DNA from: Gekko japonicus | Lineage: Eukaryota | Reading direction: 5' to 3' | NCBI RefSeq assembly: GCF_001447785.1 | Contig: NW_015175435.1 | Location: 214,432-278,431 of the forward strand | Length of the DNA: 64,000 nt | Part shown: positions 9,440 to 22,276 of the stretch, in pieces | Position numbering within the stretch: the first letter of the stretch is position 1 | How the letters are laid out: every line of letters begins with the position of its first letter | Program-made: the position numbers and the translations under genes | The notes under the pieces: generated by a model | Seen by the model: the letters and a program-made list of their open reading frames with translations, nothing else | Databases searched by the model: none | What the model was told of the DNA's origin: nothing

Positions 9440-12367
9440 GAGGACGTGGCATGTTTGTATAATCAGGGAAACCTGCAACTCTAGTCCCTTACAGGAAGGT
9501 GCAGTAATGAGCCAGTCATCCAAAAATGGGTAAACAGAACAACGTTTAGACCATAGGTGTGCTAATACAACGGGAACACCTTTAGAAAATAACAGTGGGG
9601 CAGTTGCCAGCTCAAACAGAAGGGCCATGTACTAGCAAGAAAAATGATTATATTTAAAGTGCAGGAACCGGCAATAACAGGGTGGATAGCTGTATTGAAA
9701 TAAGCTTCCTGAAGGTCAAGTACACAAAACCAGCAGTTTAATGTTAACGGTTACAAGACTAAATCCAAAGACAACATTTTGAACTTCTTAATTTTCAGGG
9801 GAGAAATTAGATCCCTCAGATCCAGGATTGGCCTAAAGTCTCTATCTTTCTTGGGTACCAGGAAAAAATGTGAATAGAAAACTGTGAAGGGGTCTGAGTC
9901 AGGAACCCTCTGTACTATTCCCTTTTGGATAAGGGATGACATCTCCTGTTCCAACTCAGGCATGGAGAAATTCAGAGCCTGATCAGCAGGGGTGGCCATT
10001 GTCAAAACTCTAATTTATAACCCAAACTAACAATCGACAAAGCCCAAGTGTCATGAGTGACTTCCTGCCATTTGTCACTAAAAGCAGCTAACCTGTCTTT
10101 AAAGATGGTAGGTGGCTAGTCTATTACAGGATCGATTCAGAAAGAACATTATGGAGCCTCTTGTGGCTCATTAGGAAGTGGCTGATGTAAGCCCAAATGT
10201 CGAGCTTTATGATTGGACCTACACCTGCCCTGTGTCATAGACCCTGAAAAGGGCCGTTGTCTAGGATACTGTGATGAGCGAGGCTGCTGGTGCAAGTGCT
10301 GAGAGTATGGTGACTGTGATTGGTGGAATCTAGACATCTGCTGAGGCCTGTATGACGTGGTGGGATATGTTATGATGCCTAATGAACAATCCGTTTGCTT
10401 GTTCTTCTTGATTTCGGATAAAAGATCATCAGTTGATGAAGCAAATAGTGTCGTTCTCTCGAACAGGAGATCTTCCATCTTCTACTGGGTTTCAGGAAGG
10501 AGAGCTGAGAAGCGTAGCCAAGCATGCCTTCTCAGTAGGAGGATTGAAGCCATGGCCTTGGAGGAGGAGTCAGTGGTGTGTCTGTTTGCATTCATCAGTT
10601 GCTTGGATAGGCACAATGCTTCCACTTAGAGAAGTTTAGCCAGAGGCTTACTGTCTTCAGGCAGAAGCTCTACATAAGCAGCCATCTTTCCCCAGAGGAA
10701 CAACTGGTATCCTCCCATAATTGCACTATAGTTGGCAATACCTAGGTTGAGCGAAGCAGAAGAGTAAACTTTTCTACTAACTGTATCGATTGTACGCCCA
10801 TCTCTATCAGCTGGTGAGGAATGCGCACCTGTACGCTGTTTCATCTGCACATCCGCGGCTATGAGAGATGAAGCCAGAGGATGGCTGAATAAATAGGTAT
10901 GACTTCTTGTTGCATCCTGTATAAATTCTACACCATTTTGGATGTGGCAACCAAGCTAGCTGTTTTTTGCCAGAGGGCCTTGGAGATGTTGGCAATACCC
11001 TCCAGGATAAGGGATTATACCAGGTGATACTGCGGTCTTGGGTTGCTGGAGGTCACACCTATATCCAACAATTTAACCATTCACATCATTTGCTTCAGGC
11101 CTTCAATACGTGACACTGGGTCAGGGCCCCTACAGTGTCATCAGGGAAAGGGTCCGATGGGAAGTCTGAGCCCAGACCAGAAGGGAAGTTAGCCCTCAAA
11201 ACCTGCTCTTCCTCAGAATCCGAATGCCCCATAAGGGGGTGGAGAGAGACTGCAGGAGGATACCAAACTGGTGGACCCGCAGTGTCATGATTTCGTGAAA
11301 AGGGGTGCCTTGGTTCTGGAGGTGCTTTTCATGACTGGCAGTCATCCCATTCTTGAGGTCTAGGAGATGGGAAATAATAGGGGTAGCCTTGCCAAGGAGG
11401 CAGAGGAACAGAACTCTGCCACCATTCTAGGGAGGATGGCTCTGATGGTCGATTAGCTGCTGGAACCGCCAATGAGCCCTGGCCAGGCTCTATTTCCCAT
11501 TGTGAGAATGAATGAGCCAGGGAGGCATGTGAAGAAGGCATTTGTGGTGGGGAGACCTCCCTCCGTTCAGTCGGAACCAAAGATGCTTTTGGCTGGAACT
11601 AAAGAGTTCAATGATTCCGGGAGTGGCATGATACTTCTCCTTATGTCTGGATTTGGAACGGGCTTTCTTAGGCAGGGGTTACAACATACAGCGTTCAGCT
11701 GAACGGGCAGGCAATCAGACCTGACACTCTTTCCCTGGAACCAATCGAACCGAGGCACTCGATGGTGGGCTCTCAAGTTGGTCAGTTCTAACTGGTGATT
11801 TCGAAGGCAAGGATTGATTGTGCTCTGCCAGGGTAGATGCTTTCACTGCTGCACTATTAGAGCAAAATAATGCTTTCTCCCATAAGCTTACCTTTAAGCG
11901 CACTGTTCAATATGAGCTGGCTTTCGGGGTAAATTGGAGGGAAATTTTGTATGTGGCTGTATTATGGGTCTCACCAAAGCAGAAAAGGCAAAGCAGGTGT
12001 TCATCTGAACAGGTCATTTTTGTACTGCACTGGGTACATTTTTTAAACAAAGCCTTCTGCGACATTTCCCAAAGAAGGGAGAGACCCCAGGAAACAAAGA
12101 AAACTTCAAGAAAACTCACAGCAATCAGAGCTGAAGAGAACATGTCCTTACAATATGGCAGCAAAGAAAGGATTGGGGGAAAGGGGAAGCTCCTCCCTGC
12201 AGAGCAAGTGACCGTTAGGTGGGAAGAGGACCTCTAATGAACTCTGCAGGGGAGGGCTACGCTTGGAGTATTAAAGAAATTCCAGAGTAGCTGTAAGAGA
12301 ACCTCCAGTGGCTGGCCTGCATGAGCGCAGTCTCAATGTGGGATTGCACAGAAGACTGAAGATGAAA
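9440..12367 (-). mobile_element. DIRS retrotransposon block: 5' terminal repeat, gag-like ORF1, truncated RT
   Basis: N-terminal Cys/His finger FKKCTQC..DEHLLCLFCFGETH; gag-like segment PADRDGRTIDTVSRKVYSSA; RT motifs FYSHFFLVPKKD..RPILDLR, LATAP..FSK, YPFLDDWLI. The terminal repeat at ~12335-12367 matches the ICR. Confidence 0.88.
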
Positions 12368-12919
12368 CAAAAGTTACTGCTACATGGTGACAATTATGCA
12401 CGAACAGTCACTGGTCATAACAACTAACTGAAACAACTCTTTCCAACAGCAGTATTGTAGCTCAGAGATGCTGCCTTACTTGCAGGGTAACCCCAACAAC
12501 AGGGTACCCCACTTCTGACCTGAACCAGAGACCCATAGAACCAGGCCAAAGAGAACACTCCTGACCTGTGCTAAAGAGCTAGCCAAAGCTCTGCAAAGGG
12601 TTTCAGGCTAAGGTTGCACAAGGCACCCTCAAGGGCAATCTCCAATCCCCCTCCACCCAGCAAAGGTATGCATATGGAATGACAGCAAGTTCCTTCAGAT
12701 AAAGTATCTGCATTCTCAAAGCAATTCAGGAGATGTCTGGCAAACCTCCTCTGTCTCCATATCCCCACGTAATCCCCTTTGTGTGATACCTGTGCCGATC
12801 TGGAAACCTTTTGTCTCAACATCTACCCTTCCTGTCCCCTCCCTCAGGATACCAAGCAAAACTGATCAAATATTAAATCATTAACAATTCTTCCTGACAG
12901 CTGTCAGAGACCCTCTCAC

Positions 12920-13560
12920 ATTTTGACCTTTATTGGCATAAAAATGCTGATAAATTACAATCAAGAATAAACACAAAGGTCTAATAGATGATAAGAACAG
13001 AAACATAAAACAGTTGATTGAGATGGTGACCAATAATACAGATTAAATATGTATTTAAATCAATAAAACATCAGAAACAAATAGGAAAAATAGGCATCCA
13101 ACAATTAAGATATAGTGATGTGTTTGGACTTAATTTTATAAGATTCTGCTAAAAATTTGGCAACACATGTAGTGATTTGAGAGTTGACATCATCTAAAAG
13201 ATAAAGTAAAATGTTTACCTTAACAAAGACATTATGCTGGAGGTATTTAGAAAAGAACTGTTTACGTTGTAAAGGATGGAGGGGACACTTTAAAATGATA
13301 TGGAATAACGAATCAAGAGTACCTAACTCACATGGACAAAACCTATTTTGAGAAGGTGTTTGCCTAAATCTACCAAAAAGGACTACCGATGGAAAAGCAT
13401 TTAAACGGGCCAAAGTAAAGGCTCAGTGCTGGAATGGGGAATCCAAAATGGAAAAATAGTGGGGCATCATTCCATGCCTTTGATATATACCTAAATTAGC
13501 TGTGGAACAGATGGGGGTGCGAAGGGAACACTTTTTGTAATTCATGATCCATAAGCCTTA
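12920..13560 (-). mobile_element. RTE-X-like LINE 3' fragment
   Basis: ARLNAFPS..GRF..RFCPC..DSLFHIILKCP C-terminal CCHC knuckle; gccAATAAAgg 3' end at ~12930. Confidence 0.7.
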
Positions 13561-13567
13561 GTTGGAT

Positions 13568-14113
13568 TGTACAGGGGGATATCAGAGACCCATTTCCCCC
13601 TTTTGTCTAAGCCTGGGAACCCATTCAACCTACTCCAGTAAGACCATCAATGGTCATTAAACCCATCAAGTCCTGGTCCGGGACACCATTCCCCAAATTC
13701 CTATAAAAATAGAGAGTAAGCCCCACTTCAGTGTGCACTCTGAGGGTGCCTACTATAGGGTACACTCGCAAAGCCTCTACTTTGGGTCTCTTCTCTTAGT
13801 GTGAAACGCTGGCTGTTTGCACTTTCTTGGCTGGAATATAATATAATATTACCTACCCCTATAGCTGATCTTTAACATCTCTATCATCACCTCTTTATTT
13901 CTTAGTTCTGGACTGCATGCACATTTTGATTGCTTAGCGTGTATGTAAGCAGGGATATTCTCTAATAAAACTATTAAACACTCTTCAAATCTGGAGTCTT
14001 AATACTGAACTGGACCTTTGAATATAAAGGTGTGCAATCTCTTGTACCTTTCTGGCCTCCTCTGTCTCATAGCTAATTTCCCCCAATATCAAGACAGGCC
14101 ATTTGTGGTAACA
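13568..14113 (+). mobile_element. Probable solo LTR
   Basis: Starts TGT, ends ACA; flanks ggat/gtat (4-bp TSD with one mismatch); TATA-like ctataaaa at 13701; AATAAA at ~13964. Confidence 0.6.
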
Positions 14114-14129
14114 GTATGTGTCAGAATAC

Positions 14130-14790
14130 TAGCTGGTGATTGCTATAAATATCAACTGTTAAATGCTGAAAGCCTCCCAACCTTTACCATATTGACAGAA
14201 CGTGAACGTTGCTGGTCAAAATGGAATGACGCTGTAGATGTGAAAACAAGACAATTGGGCTTACGGAAGACAGAGAACTTAACCAAAAGAAGACAAACTT
14301 TACTCACAGAAAAGTTGCTCCAAAATGATTGGGATGCTCTTCAAACAGATGTTAGACGAAAATGCTCCCCACTTCATCTAGGAATTACATATTTCACCAA
14401 ATTTGACCTGCCTCTTTACTTAAACATGTTGAACATTCCAGAACTGAGACGGTCATACATGATTGCATGATGCAATGCGTTTCCAACAGCCCAGATGAAG
14501 GGCCGTTTTCTCAAGACCCCTCTGGACCAGCGCTATTGTGACTGCCCTTTGACAGAACTTAACTCAGCATGTCATGTTTTCTTCTACTGTCCAAATCATG
14601 CAGGAGCAAGAGAAAGATTCCTAAGAAAATGGCTGTTGAAATATTAATATTTTCCTGATGCACAAAGATTAAGACTACTTCTGAGCAGCCTCTGCAAAAA
14701 TTGCATCGTGGATGTGGCAAATTTTTGTTTTATTGTTTTTTAAACTCTTAATTAAAAAAAAATTAAATGGTGCATGGCTTTGAACTAGCT
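14130..14790 (+). mobile_element. RTE-X-like LINE 3' fragment
   Basis: YLNMLNIPELRRSYMIA*CNAFPT..GRF..RYCDC...HVFFYCP, the same CCHC region as the 12920-13560 fragment. Confidence 0.7.
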
Positions 14791-15407
14791 TGTGATGCCT
14801 CCATGTCCTGCTTGTGTAATCATTGTTGCAAATCGAATGCTGAATGAGACTGATATTTGATCTGATGCTGCAGGACTTTGCTTATGTTCTTACTAGTATG
14901 ATTTCATATGAAGTATGCAGCAGTTGAGTCTCAAGGACCCCAGCACACTCTAAGAGGTCATTTGCAGCCATTAATTTAGACATTTTGCGACATGGGAGAA
15001 AATAATTGATCTATATTTCCTTAAGTCATCAGTTATGCACACCAGTGAAACTTCTAATTTTTAAATCAATTTGTGTATACCTGAAAAAAAATGGGGGGAA
15101 TAAACACAAACTGAGCTTCAAAGAACTATTTGGGTATGCCCAGTAGGAGGTTTTTTTTGTCTTTTTGACAGCAACTCTCCCACCCACCCCCTTCACACAT
15201 TGCTTTTAAAAGTCTTTTCAGTTTTGAAACAGGTTTGTCACATGGTCACAAGGATTGCTCTTTCAGAAACCCTGGATACATGGAAGTAATCACACAAATC
15301 TTCAGATTCTGGACATAGGTTTTAATGTGTCCACCAAACAGATTTTTGTTTTAGCCCTTGAATACTGTGCATAAGTTAACCAGTGAATGATTAATGATGA
15401 TTAATAA

Positions 15408-15735
15408 AATAAGAACAGCCTTCCTGGATTGGGCCAGTGGTTCACCTTGTCCAGCAACCTGTTCCACACAGTGGTTAACCAGTTACTCTGGAGGGCCAAC
15501 AACAGGGGTTTAAGACCAAGACCCTTCCCTGATGCTGCCTCCCAGCACTGGTGTTCAGAGGATTACTGCCTTTGAATGTGGAGGTTTTCTTTAATCACAA
15601 TGGCTAGTCGTCACCGATAGACCGATCCTTCATAAAACTGTCTAATCCCCTTTTAAAGCCATCTGTGCCTGTGTTCATCACTACAGTGAATTCCACATTT
15701 TAATCACTCGTTGAATAACAAACTATTTTCTTTTG
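15408..15735 (-). mobile_element. CR1 3'UTR fragment
   Basis: ataagaacagccttcctggattgggccagtgg...tctaatcccctttt resembles the CR1 3' end at 5672. Confidence 0.7.
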
Positions 15736-15924
15736 TTTGATTAATTAATTAATTACATTAAAGTGTAAACAATGGACTTGCATTAAGAAAGCTCAGTGAA
15801 ACAGTATCAGAAAGCACAATCTTGATAAACATTCTGCATAGAAAACTTAGCTATGTTCAAGATTTTGTACACCAGCTTTTACAGAGAGGATAAAATCAAA
15901 GTAAAAGAATTAGTCAAGGCTTCA

Positions 15925-16194
<270 letters not shown>

Positions 16195-16659
16195 TTAATG
16201 AGGGAGGGAAGTGTAAAAAAAGCTGCTGAAAATTCTGTTGACATTTTATTAAACATTTTAATTGTTTTATTTATTTATTTGATTTATCTACCACCCTCCC
16301 CCCAATTTGGGGCTCAGGCCAGTCAACAACAACTATAAATACAATTCCAATAAATATGATAAATATACACACATAATATTTTTTTAAAAACAGTAAAAGG
16401 AGCACTATCAAAGCAGATGGTATTAAATATTCCATATCCTTCTCTGGAAGGGAGGAGACAGGGAGGCCAGGCCTGATGTCAACCATTGATGTCTTGAACC
16501 ATAGGCCTGGTGGAACATCTCTGTCTTACAGGCCCTGCAGAACTGCATTATGTCCCACAGGGCCCGGATGTTATTAGGTAGAGAGTTCCACTAGGCTGGC
16601 ACCAGGGCCAAAATGGCCCTGGCTCTGGTCAAGGACAGCTGGACATCCTTCAGGCCAGG

Positions 16660-17986
16660 GATGGGTCAGGAAGTTCTTGTCTCCCAAGAATGTGGAGTGC
16701 CTCAAGGGGCGGTGCTATCCCCAATGTTATTCAACATCTACATGCACTCCCTTGCCCAGATTGCCCAGAGCTGTGGGCTGGAATGTCACCAGTATGTGGA
16801 TGACACCCAGCTCTATCTGATGTTGGGCGGTCAGTCTGGCTCCAGACCAGAAGATCTGGACCAGACGTTACAAGCCATGGCTGGCTGGCTTAGACTGAGC
16901 CAACTGAAACTGAATTTGATGAAGACAGAGGTCCTGTGCTTGAGTCAGGGAAATCCAGGGGTAGGGATCCCACTCCCAACCTTCGATGGGGCACCACTGG
17001 TGCCAGCGCCAGAGGTTAGAAGCTTGGGAGTGCTCTTGGATGCCACCTTAACAATGGAGACCCAGGTAGCAGCCACTGCCAAGTCGGCCTTTTCCCATCT
17101 TCGGCTGATTAGGCAGCTGGTTCCCTTCCTCGAACGCAACGATTTAGCAACAGTGATCCATGCGATGGTCACCTCGAGATTAGACTACTGTAATGCTCTC
17201 TACATGGGGCTGCCCTTGTGGAAAATCCGGAAGCTTCAGCTAGTGCAGAATTCCGTGGCCAGGCTTCTGATGGGCTTCCCCATGAGGGAACACATCTGGC
17301 CTGTCCTGAAGGCATTGCACTGGCTGCCCATAGCATACCGGGTTCACTTCAAGGTGCTGGTTCTTACCTTTAAAGCCCTTTATGGCCAGGGTCAGACATA
17401 CCTGAGGGACCGCCTTTCACCATATATACCCCAGAGAGCACTTCGATCAGGGTCACAACACCGACTGGCCCTACCAGGTCCCAAGGATGCCAGTCTGGCT
17501 GCAACCAGGGCCAGGGCTTTCTCGGTGGTGGCTCCACACTGGTGGAATGAGCTCCCGGAAGAGATTAGGGCCCTGCAGGACCATTTACAGTTCCGCCGGG
17601 CCTGCAAGATGGAGCTCTTCCACCAGGCTTTCAACTAGGAGCTGCCACTACCATCTCCATCATTATTACCATCACCTTAACAACAATAAAAGTTTGGTGC
17701 CTGGTCTATTACTGACAGCTTGAGCTCTCTGACTGTATTTAGGAAAGACCAATGTGCTGTATACCAAGTTAATATATAGAATGTATAATGCCATCTATAT
17801 GATATTATAACTGCTAGCACTTTGATATTAATGTAATATTGTTTTAACAAATTGTTTTAAATGTCTATGATATTGATTGTTATTATGTTTGTATCGTGTA
17901 AGCCGCCCTGAGCCTACGTCGGCAGGGAGGGCGGGGTACAAATTTGATTAAACAATCAAACAAACAAACAAATAAATAAATAAATA
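16660..17986 (+). mobile_element. 5'-truncated young L2 LINE inserted antisense into the older L2
   Basis: Uninterrupted frame GVPQGAVLSP, YVDDTQLY, LDYCNALY, LQLVQN, LHWLP to a stop at 17638; 3' end gtaagccgccctgagc..ggcgggg plus (CAAA/TAAA)n tail. Confidence 0.92.
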
Positions 17987-18889
17987 ATGCCTTTTGGGGG
18001 GTATATAGGGAGAGATGGTCCCGTAGATATGCTCGTCCCAGACTGTTTAGGGCCTTGAAAGTCAGTAACAAAACCTTGAATCTGATCCAGTACTCAACTT
18101 GGAGCCAGTGCAGCTGGTAAAGCACTGGTTGGATATGTGCTGTCAATGGGGTCCCTGTAAGGACCCACATCACTGCATTCTGGACAAGCTATAGTTTCTG
18201 GGTCAGTCTCAAGAGCAGCCCTGCACAGAACACATTACAGTAGTCTAGCCCAGAGATAACCGTTGTGTGGATTACTGTGGCTAAGTCAGGACAGGACAAG
18301 AAGTGGGCCAATTGCCTGATCTGACACAGCTGTAAAAACACCAGTCTGGCAATGTTTGTGACCTGGGCCTCCGTAGATAAGGAGGCATCCAGGTACACAC
18401 TCAGGCTCCAGGTGGTTCGTACCACTGTTAGAGGTACACCATCAAGAGCCGGGAGTTGGCACTCTAATCCCACACCTCCTCTGCTCAGCCACAGAACCTC
18501 TATTTTTAAAGGATTCAGTTTCAACTGGCTATGCTTCAACCACTTAGCTATGGCCTCCAGCCCTTCAGCCAAAACAGATGGGGTGGTATCCAGTCAGCTG
18601 TCCTTCAACAGATACAGCTGGATGTCATCAGCATACTGATGGCAACCCAGCCTGAAACTCTGCACCAGCTGGACAAGACGGTACATATAGGTATTAAATA
18701 GCATCAGAGAGAGGATCACCCCTTGAGGGACCCCACATACTAGAGGGTGTTGGGGTGAAACCTCTTCTCCTAGCACCACCCTCTGTCCCCAACCAAGGAG
18801 AAATGAGGTAAGCCACTTCAAGGCCACCTCACAAACTCTTATGTCAGCGAGGTGGTGGGTCAACAGACTGTAGTCAACCATGTCGAACA

Positions 18890-18985
18890 TTTATTTATTT
18901 CATTAGATTTTTACCTCACCCTCCCAGCAAGGCCGGCTCAGGGTGGCTTACAGCACACTATAAAACAATACAATATAATGATTCA
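18890..18985 (-). mobile_element. Short L2 3'-end insertion nested in L2
   Basis: ttatttattt...ctcagggtggcttaca 3'-end signature interrupts the RT-coding region. Confidence 0.7.
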
Positions 18986-21098
18986 CTGTCAGATCTAATT
19001 ATAACAGCAGCTCCAACGCACCGTGATCCAGCTTTCTGTGAAGATTGTCTGTGAGGGTGACCAACACCATCTCTGTCCCATGTCCAGGGCGAAAACCAGA
19101 CTGGAATGGGTTCAAGGCCTCAGCATCATCCAGGAAACTCTGTAGCTGTTCTACCACTGCTCTTTCAATTACCTTACCCAGAAATTAAAGATCTGAGATT
19201 GGGTGGTAATTGGAAGGATCTGAGGGATGCAAAGATGGTCTCTTCAAGAGTGGTGTTACCACAACCTTTTTTAATCCCCCTGAACTAAGGGACAGATTGA
19301 TAATGTCCCCCAAGGGGCCCCGTACTCCACCACCACCGGCTTTCACCATCCACGATGGGCATGGATCCAAGAGGCAAGTGGTTGGCTTAACAGTACCCAA
19401 GATCCTGTCAATGTCAGCCTGGGAGAGATGGCTGAAGTGAACACTGAATCCAAAGGCGACTAAGGGGCCTCCAGTTTGCATACTATATCAATATTGGCAG
19501 GCAGGTCAAAGAGGAGTGACAAGACTTTATCCACGAAAAAGCTCGCAAAGACCTCACAGCTAATAGCCAATTTACTAGTATTTTGACCTCTCAGTGAGAG
19601 AAGTTAAAGAAGTTAAAGACTGGATTGTCCTAAAGAATTGTGCAGGGCAAGAGCTAGCAGATGCAATGGAGACTGTAAAAAATTCCCTTTTAGCAGCCTT
19701 CACCACCAAATCCTAGGTTTTCATAAATGATCTATAAGATGTTTTGCAGCTTTTTCATGACACCACTGCCAAACACACACTAGCCTTCTAAGCTCCTGCT
19801 TCATCCCTCTAAGCTCCATGGTATACCGTGGGACTAAGTTGGAGTGGGGTGAAGAGGGCATTGGGAAGCAATCTCACTGATGGCTTCAGAGAGTTGGGTA
19901 TTCCAGTCCTCTATCAGCTCATCCAATGAGTCGTTGGTAGGTACTGGATCCTGCAGAGCACTCTGGAAATCAATTGGATCCATTAGTCTCCACGGGTAAG
20001 CATAAATTGGCTTGCCACCTAGACGGGGCGGAGGTGGAACACTCAGCTGGGCCTTCAGGGCATAGTGTTCTAATCATGGCACCCTATCAACAGCAGTCAG
20101 ATCCATATCAATCCAGTGTGTGGCCTGCTCCCACTGCTGCTATGGAAGTCACCAGGTCCAACGCCTGTCTGCTGGTGGCATTGTCAGCATGGACATTGAA
20201 GTCCCCAAGAATTATTAGCCTCGGGAGCACCAAGGCCCAGCTCACTGCCACCTCCAGCAGGCTTGGCAGGCTGTCTGCTGGTGTGCAAAGCGGTTGGTAC
20301 ACCAGCCAGATAGCCAAATTCTCCTCAGTACCCCACACCAGGTCAACACAATCCATTCCAAGGATCTTTAGAGTGGTGAGTGCCCTGAAGGAGAGCGACT
20401 CTCGGATGAGTATTGCCACCCCCCCTTCCTTATCAGGTCTGAGACTGATGGAGGACTGAGAAACTGGGGGGGGGGGAGCTCTTTCAAGGTGACTGTCTCG
20501 CCCTCCCTGGCCCAGGTCTCAGTCACACATGCCAGGTCCACTTTTTAATGTACTTCATTGGAAGAGATTAAAGGCTCAGAACCACCTTCCTCCCCTACTG
20601 CTGCAGTAAAATGGCATAAAGGGCCTATCTAGCTTCTCTCCCACTGCCCAAGACTGGAAAGAATATAGTCCTTTGTTTTTCTTCAAATCTCTTGCCCTAT
20701 AAGTGGAACCAGAATGTGCCCAAAAGAGCTCAAAACCACCCTTTATGTTCAACAGCTTACATCTCTCCTTGCTATGACAGCTTGTGGATCATGCCCTATC
20801 CTTTGGATTACTGTGGAGTATTTGCTACCTGGATAACTGGACTTATGTTTTCCAAAAAATGGAACCTTGCCGAACTTACACAGATAGGTAGCTATTCCCC
20901 ACCCACCACATTACCCTTGGTCTTCCTCTTTGGCCTCTTGCCTTTTTATTATGCATGTGCTTGTGGTCAGAATATCTGGCTATGAACATGGTTTTCCAGT
21001 ATGAGGTATTCTGATTTAATTCTTGGAATTCTATTTATTGCTTGAGTTTGCTAATTATCTATCCTGAAGACCTGCATTATTTCCCTTAATAAACAATA

Positions 21099-21245
21099 GC
21101 CACTTTCACACACACTAAATAACACACTTTCAATCCACTTTCAGCACAACTTGCAACTGGATTTTACTGTGTGAAATGGCAAAATCCGCTTGCAAACAGT
21201 CACTGGTGGATTGAAACTGCATTATTTAGCATGTGTGAAAGTGCC
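21099..21245. mobile_element. Palindromic MITE (PIF/Harbinger-like)
   Basis: cactttcacacacactaaataa ... ttatttagcatgtgtgaaagtg; nearly the whole element is self-complementary; related to 39790-39917. Confidence 0.8.
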
Positions 21246-21829
21246 CTTCTTTTCTGATTTCACTCTGTCCTGTTTTTGACATTACTTCCATGCTTTTACC
21301 AAAAGTTCACCATTTGGTCCACAGATCCTGTATAGCCATTTGTGTGGGTCACAGCTTGCACGGGAGGGAGTTCATTTAAACAAAATGTAGCACCTATCCT
21401 AGCAGTTCCTTTTATCACTGACCTGAGAAGCAATGGAAGGAGGGTTAATTTCCTTAATCTATCTAGACTGTTTCAGTTTGTATTTGGGCTAAAATGAGAA
21501 ATGGTCCACATTAACACTGGCATGTGTCTCCTTGACCATATACAATAACACTTGGATTATATGAAATATTTGTTTACACAAATCTAAGTTACATTTTCTG
21601 TTGCACCAACCAGTAGTCAATAAAACCATGTCCACCAGGCCAATCACCCAGCAAAATGTAAAACAGCAGATAATAAGCTTTTAATTATTACATCAAATAG
21701 TTCAGAGGTCTAGAAGTGCCTTCCTGAATAATAAAGGCTTCATTTAGTTTAAAAAAAAGCATAAGGGAAATGATCATGTGATTTATCCCCAAGAGAAAGT
21801 TCTAAAATATGGGCCCCACTTTAATAAAA

Positions 21830-22132
21830 GGGCAATTCTGCACTGGCTTTTCCCTCTGTTGTTTTACCAAAGGTGCAGCTCAAAACCACATTCAAATATT
21901 CCAGGGCAATGCCATACTGACTGTGAAGTCACCCCCGAATGGCCATTAATCTATGCAGAAGGTACCATAAAACACAATGATCAAAGAAAATGAAAGCAAC
22001 ATGCAGTGTAGAGGGTACCATAAAATCCAATGATCAAAGAAAGTGAAAGTGGGCATGCAATGCAGAGGGGAATTTCTGTTCCAATGTGGGTTTGGTAAAA
22101 CAATGGAGGGAAAGGCCAATGCAGAATCGCCC
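21830..22132. mobile_element. MITE with ~42-bp TIRs (GGGC ends, Harbinger-like)
   Basis: gggcaattctgcactggcttttccctctgttgttttaccaaa versus tttggtaaaacaatggagggaaaggccaatgcagaatcgccc; internal ~50-bp duplication at 21955-22050. Confidence 0.75.
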
Positions 22133-22276
22133 TTAGATACAATAAAAGCCCAGGACTAAAAGTAAGCACAAGAACTACCAATTGAACCATTAATCTTGGC
22201 AGCCAGTGCAGTTGAACTAAAGCAAATGAAAAATGTTCTGTATGGGTGATCTCCATTTTATAAAAGAGCTGTAATT

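Larger units (their letters stand above)
16265..20545 (-). mobile_element. L2-clade LINE, decayed near-complete ORF2 (EN to RT to 3' tail), interrupted by two nested L2 insertions
   Basis: In order on the minus strand: LIILGDFNVHAD (EN, ~20170), KPTTCLLDPCPSW, GVPQGVILS, HQYADDIQLY, LDYCN, LHWL, then the 3' part at 16265-16660 with a (TAAA)n tail. Confidence 0.88.

Noticed and set aside
8140-12367. Novel YR retrotransposon class with natively antisense recombinase
   Set aside because: The MT-domain tail travels with the YR block, and RNase H and the 3' terminal repeat are missing, which points to breakage of a standard DIRS.
16613-17638. Longest ORF (341 aa) as a host gene
   Set aside because: It is L2 reverse transcriptase. 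Its first ~15 codons are read-in from the antisense strand of the host L2.
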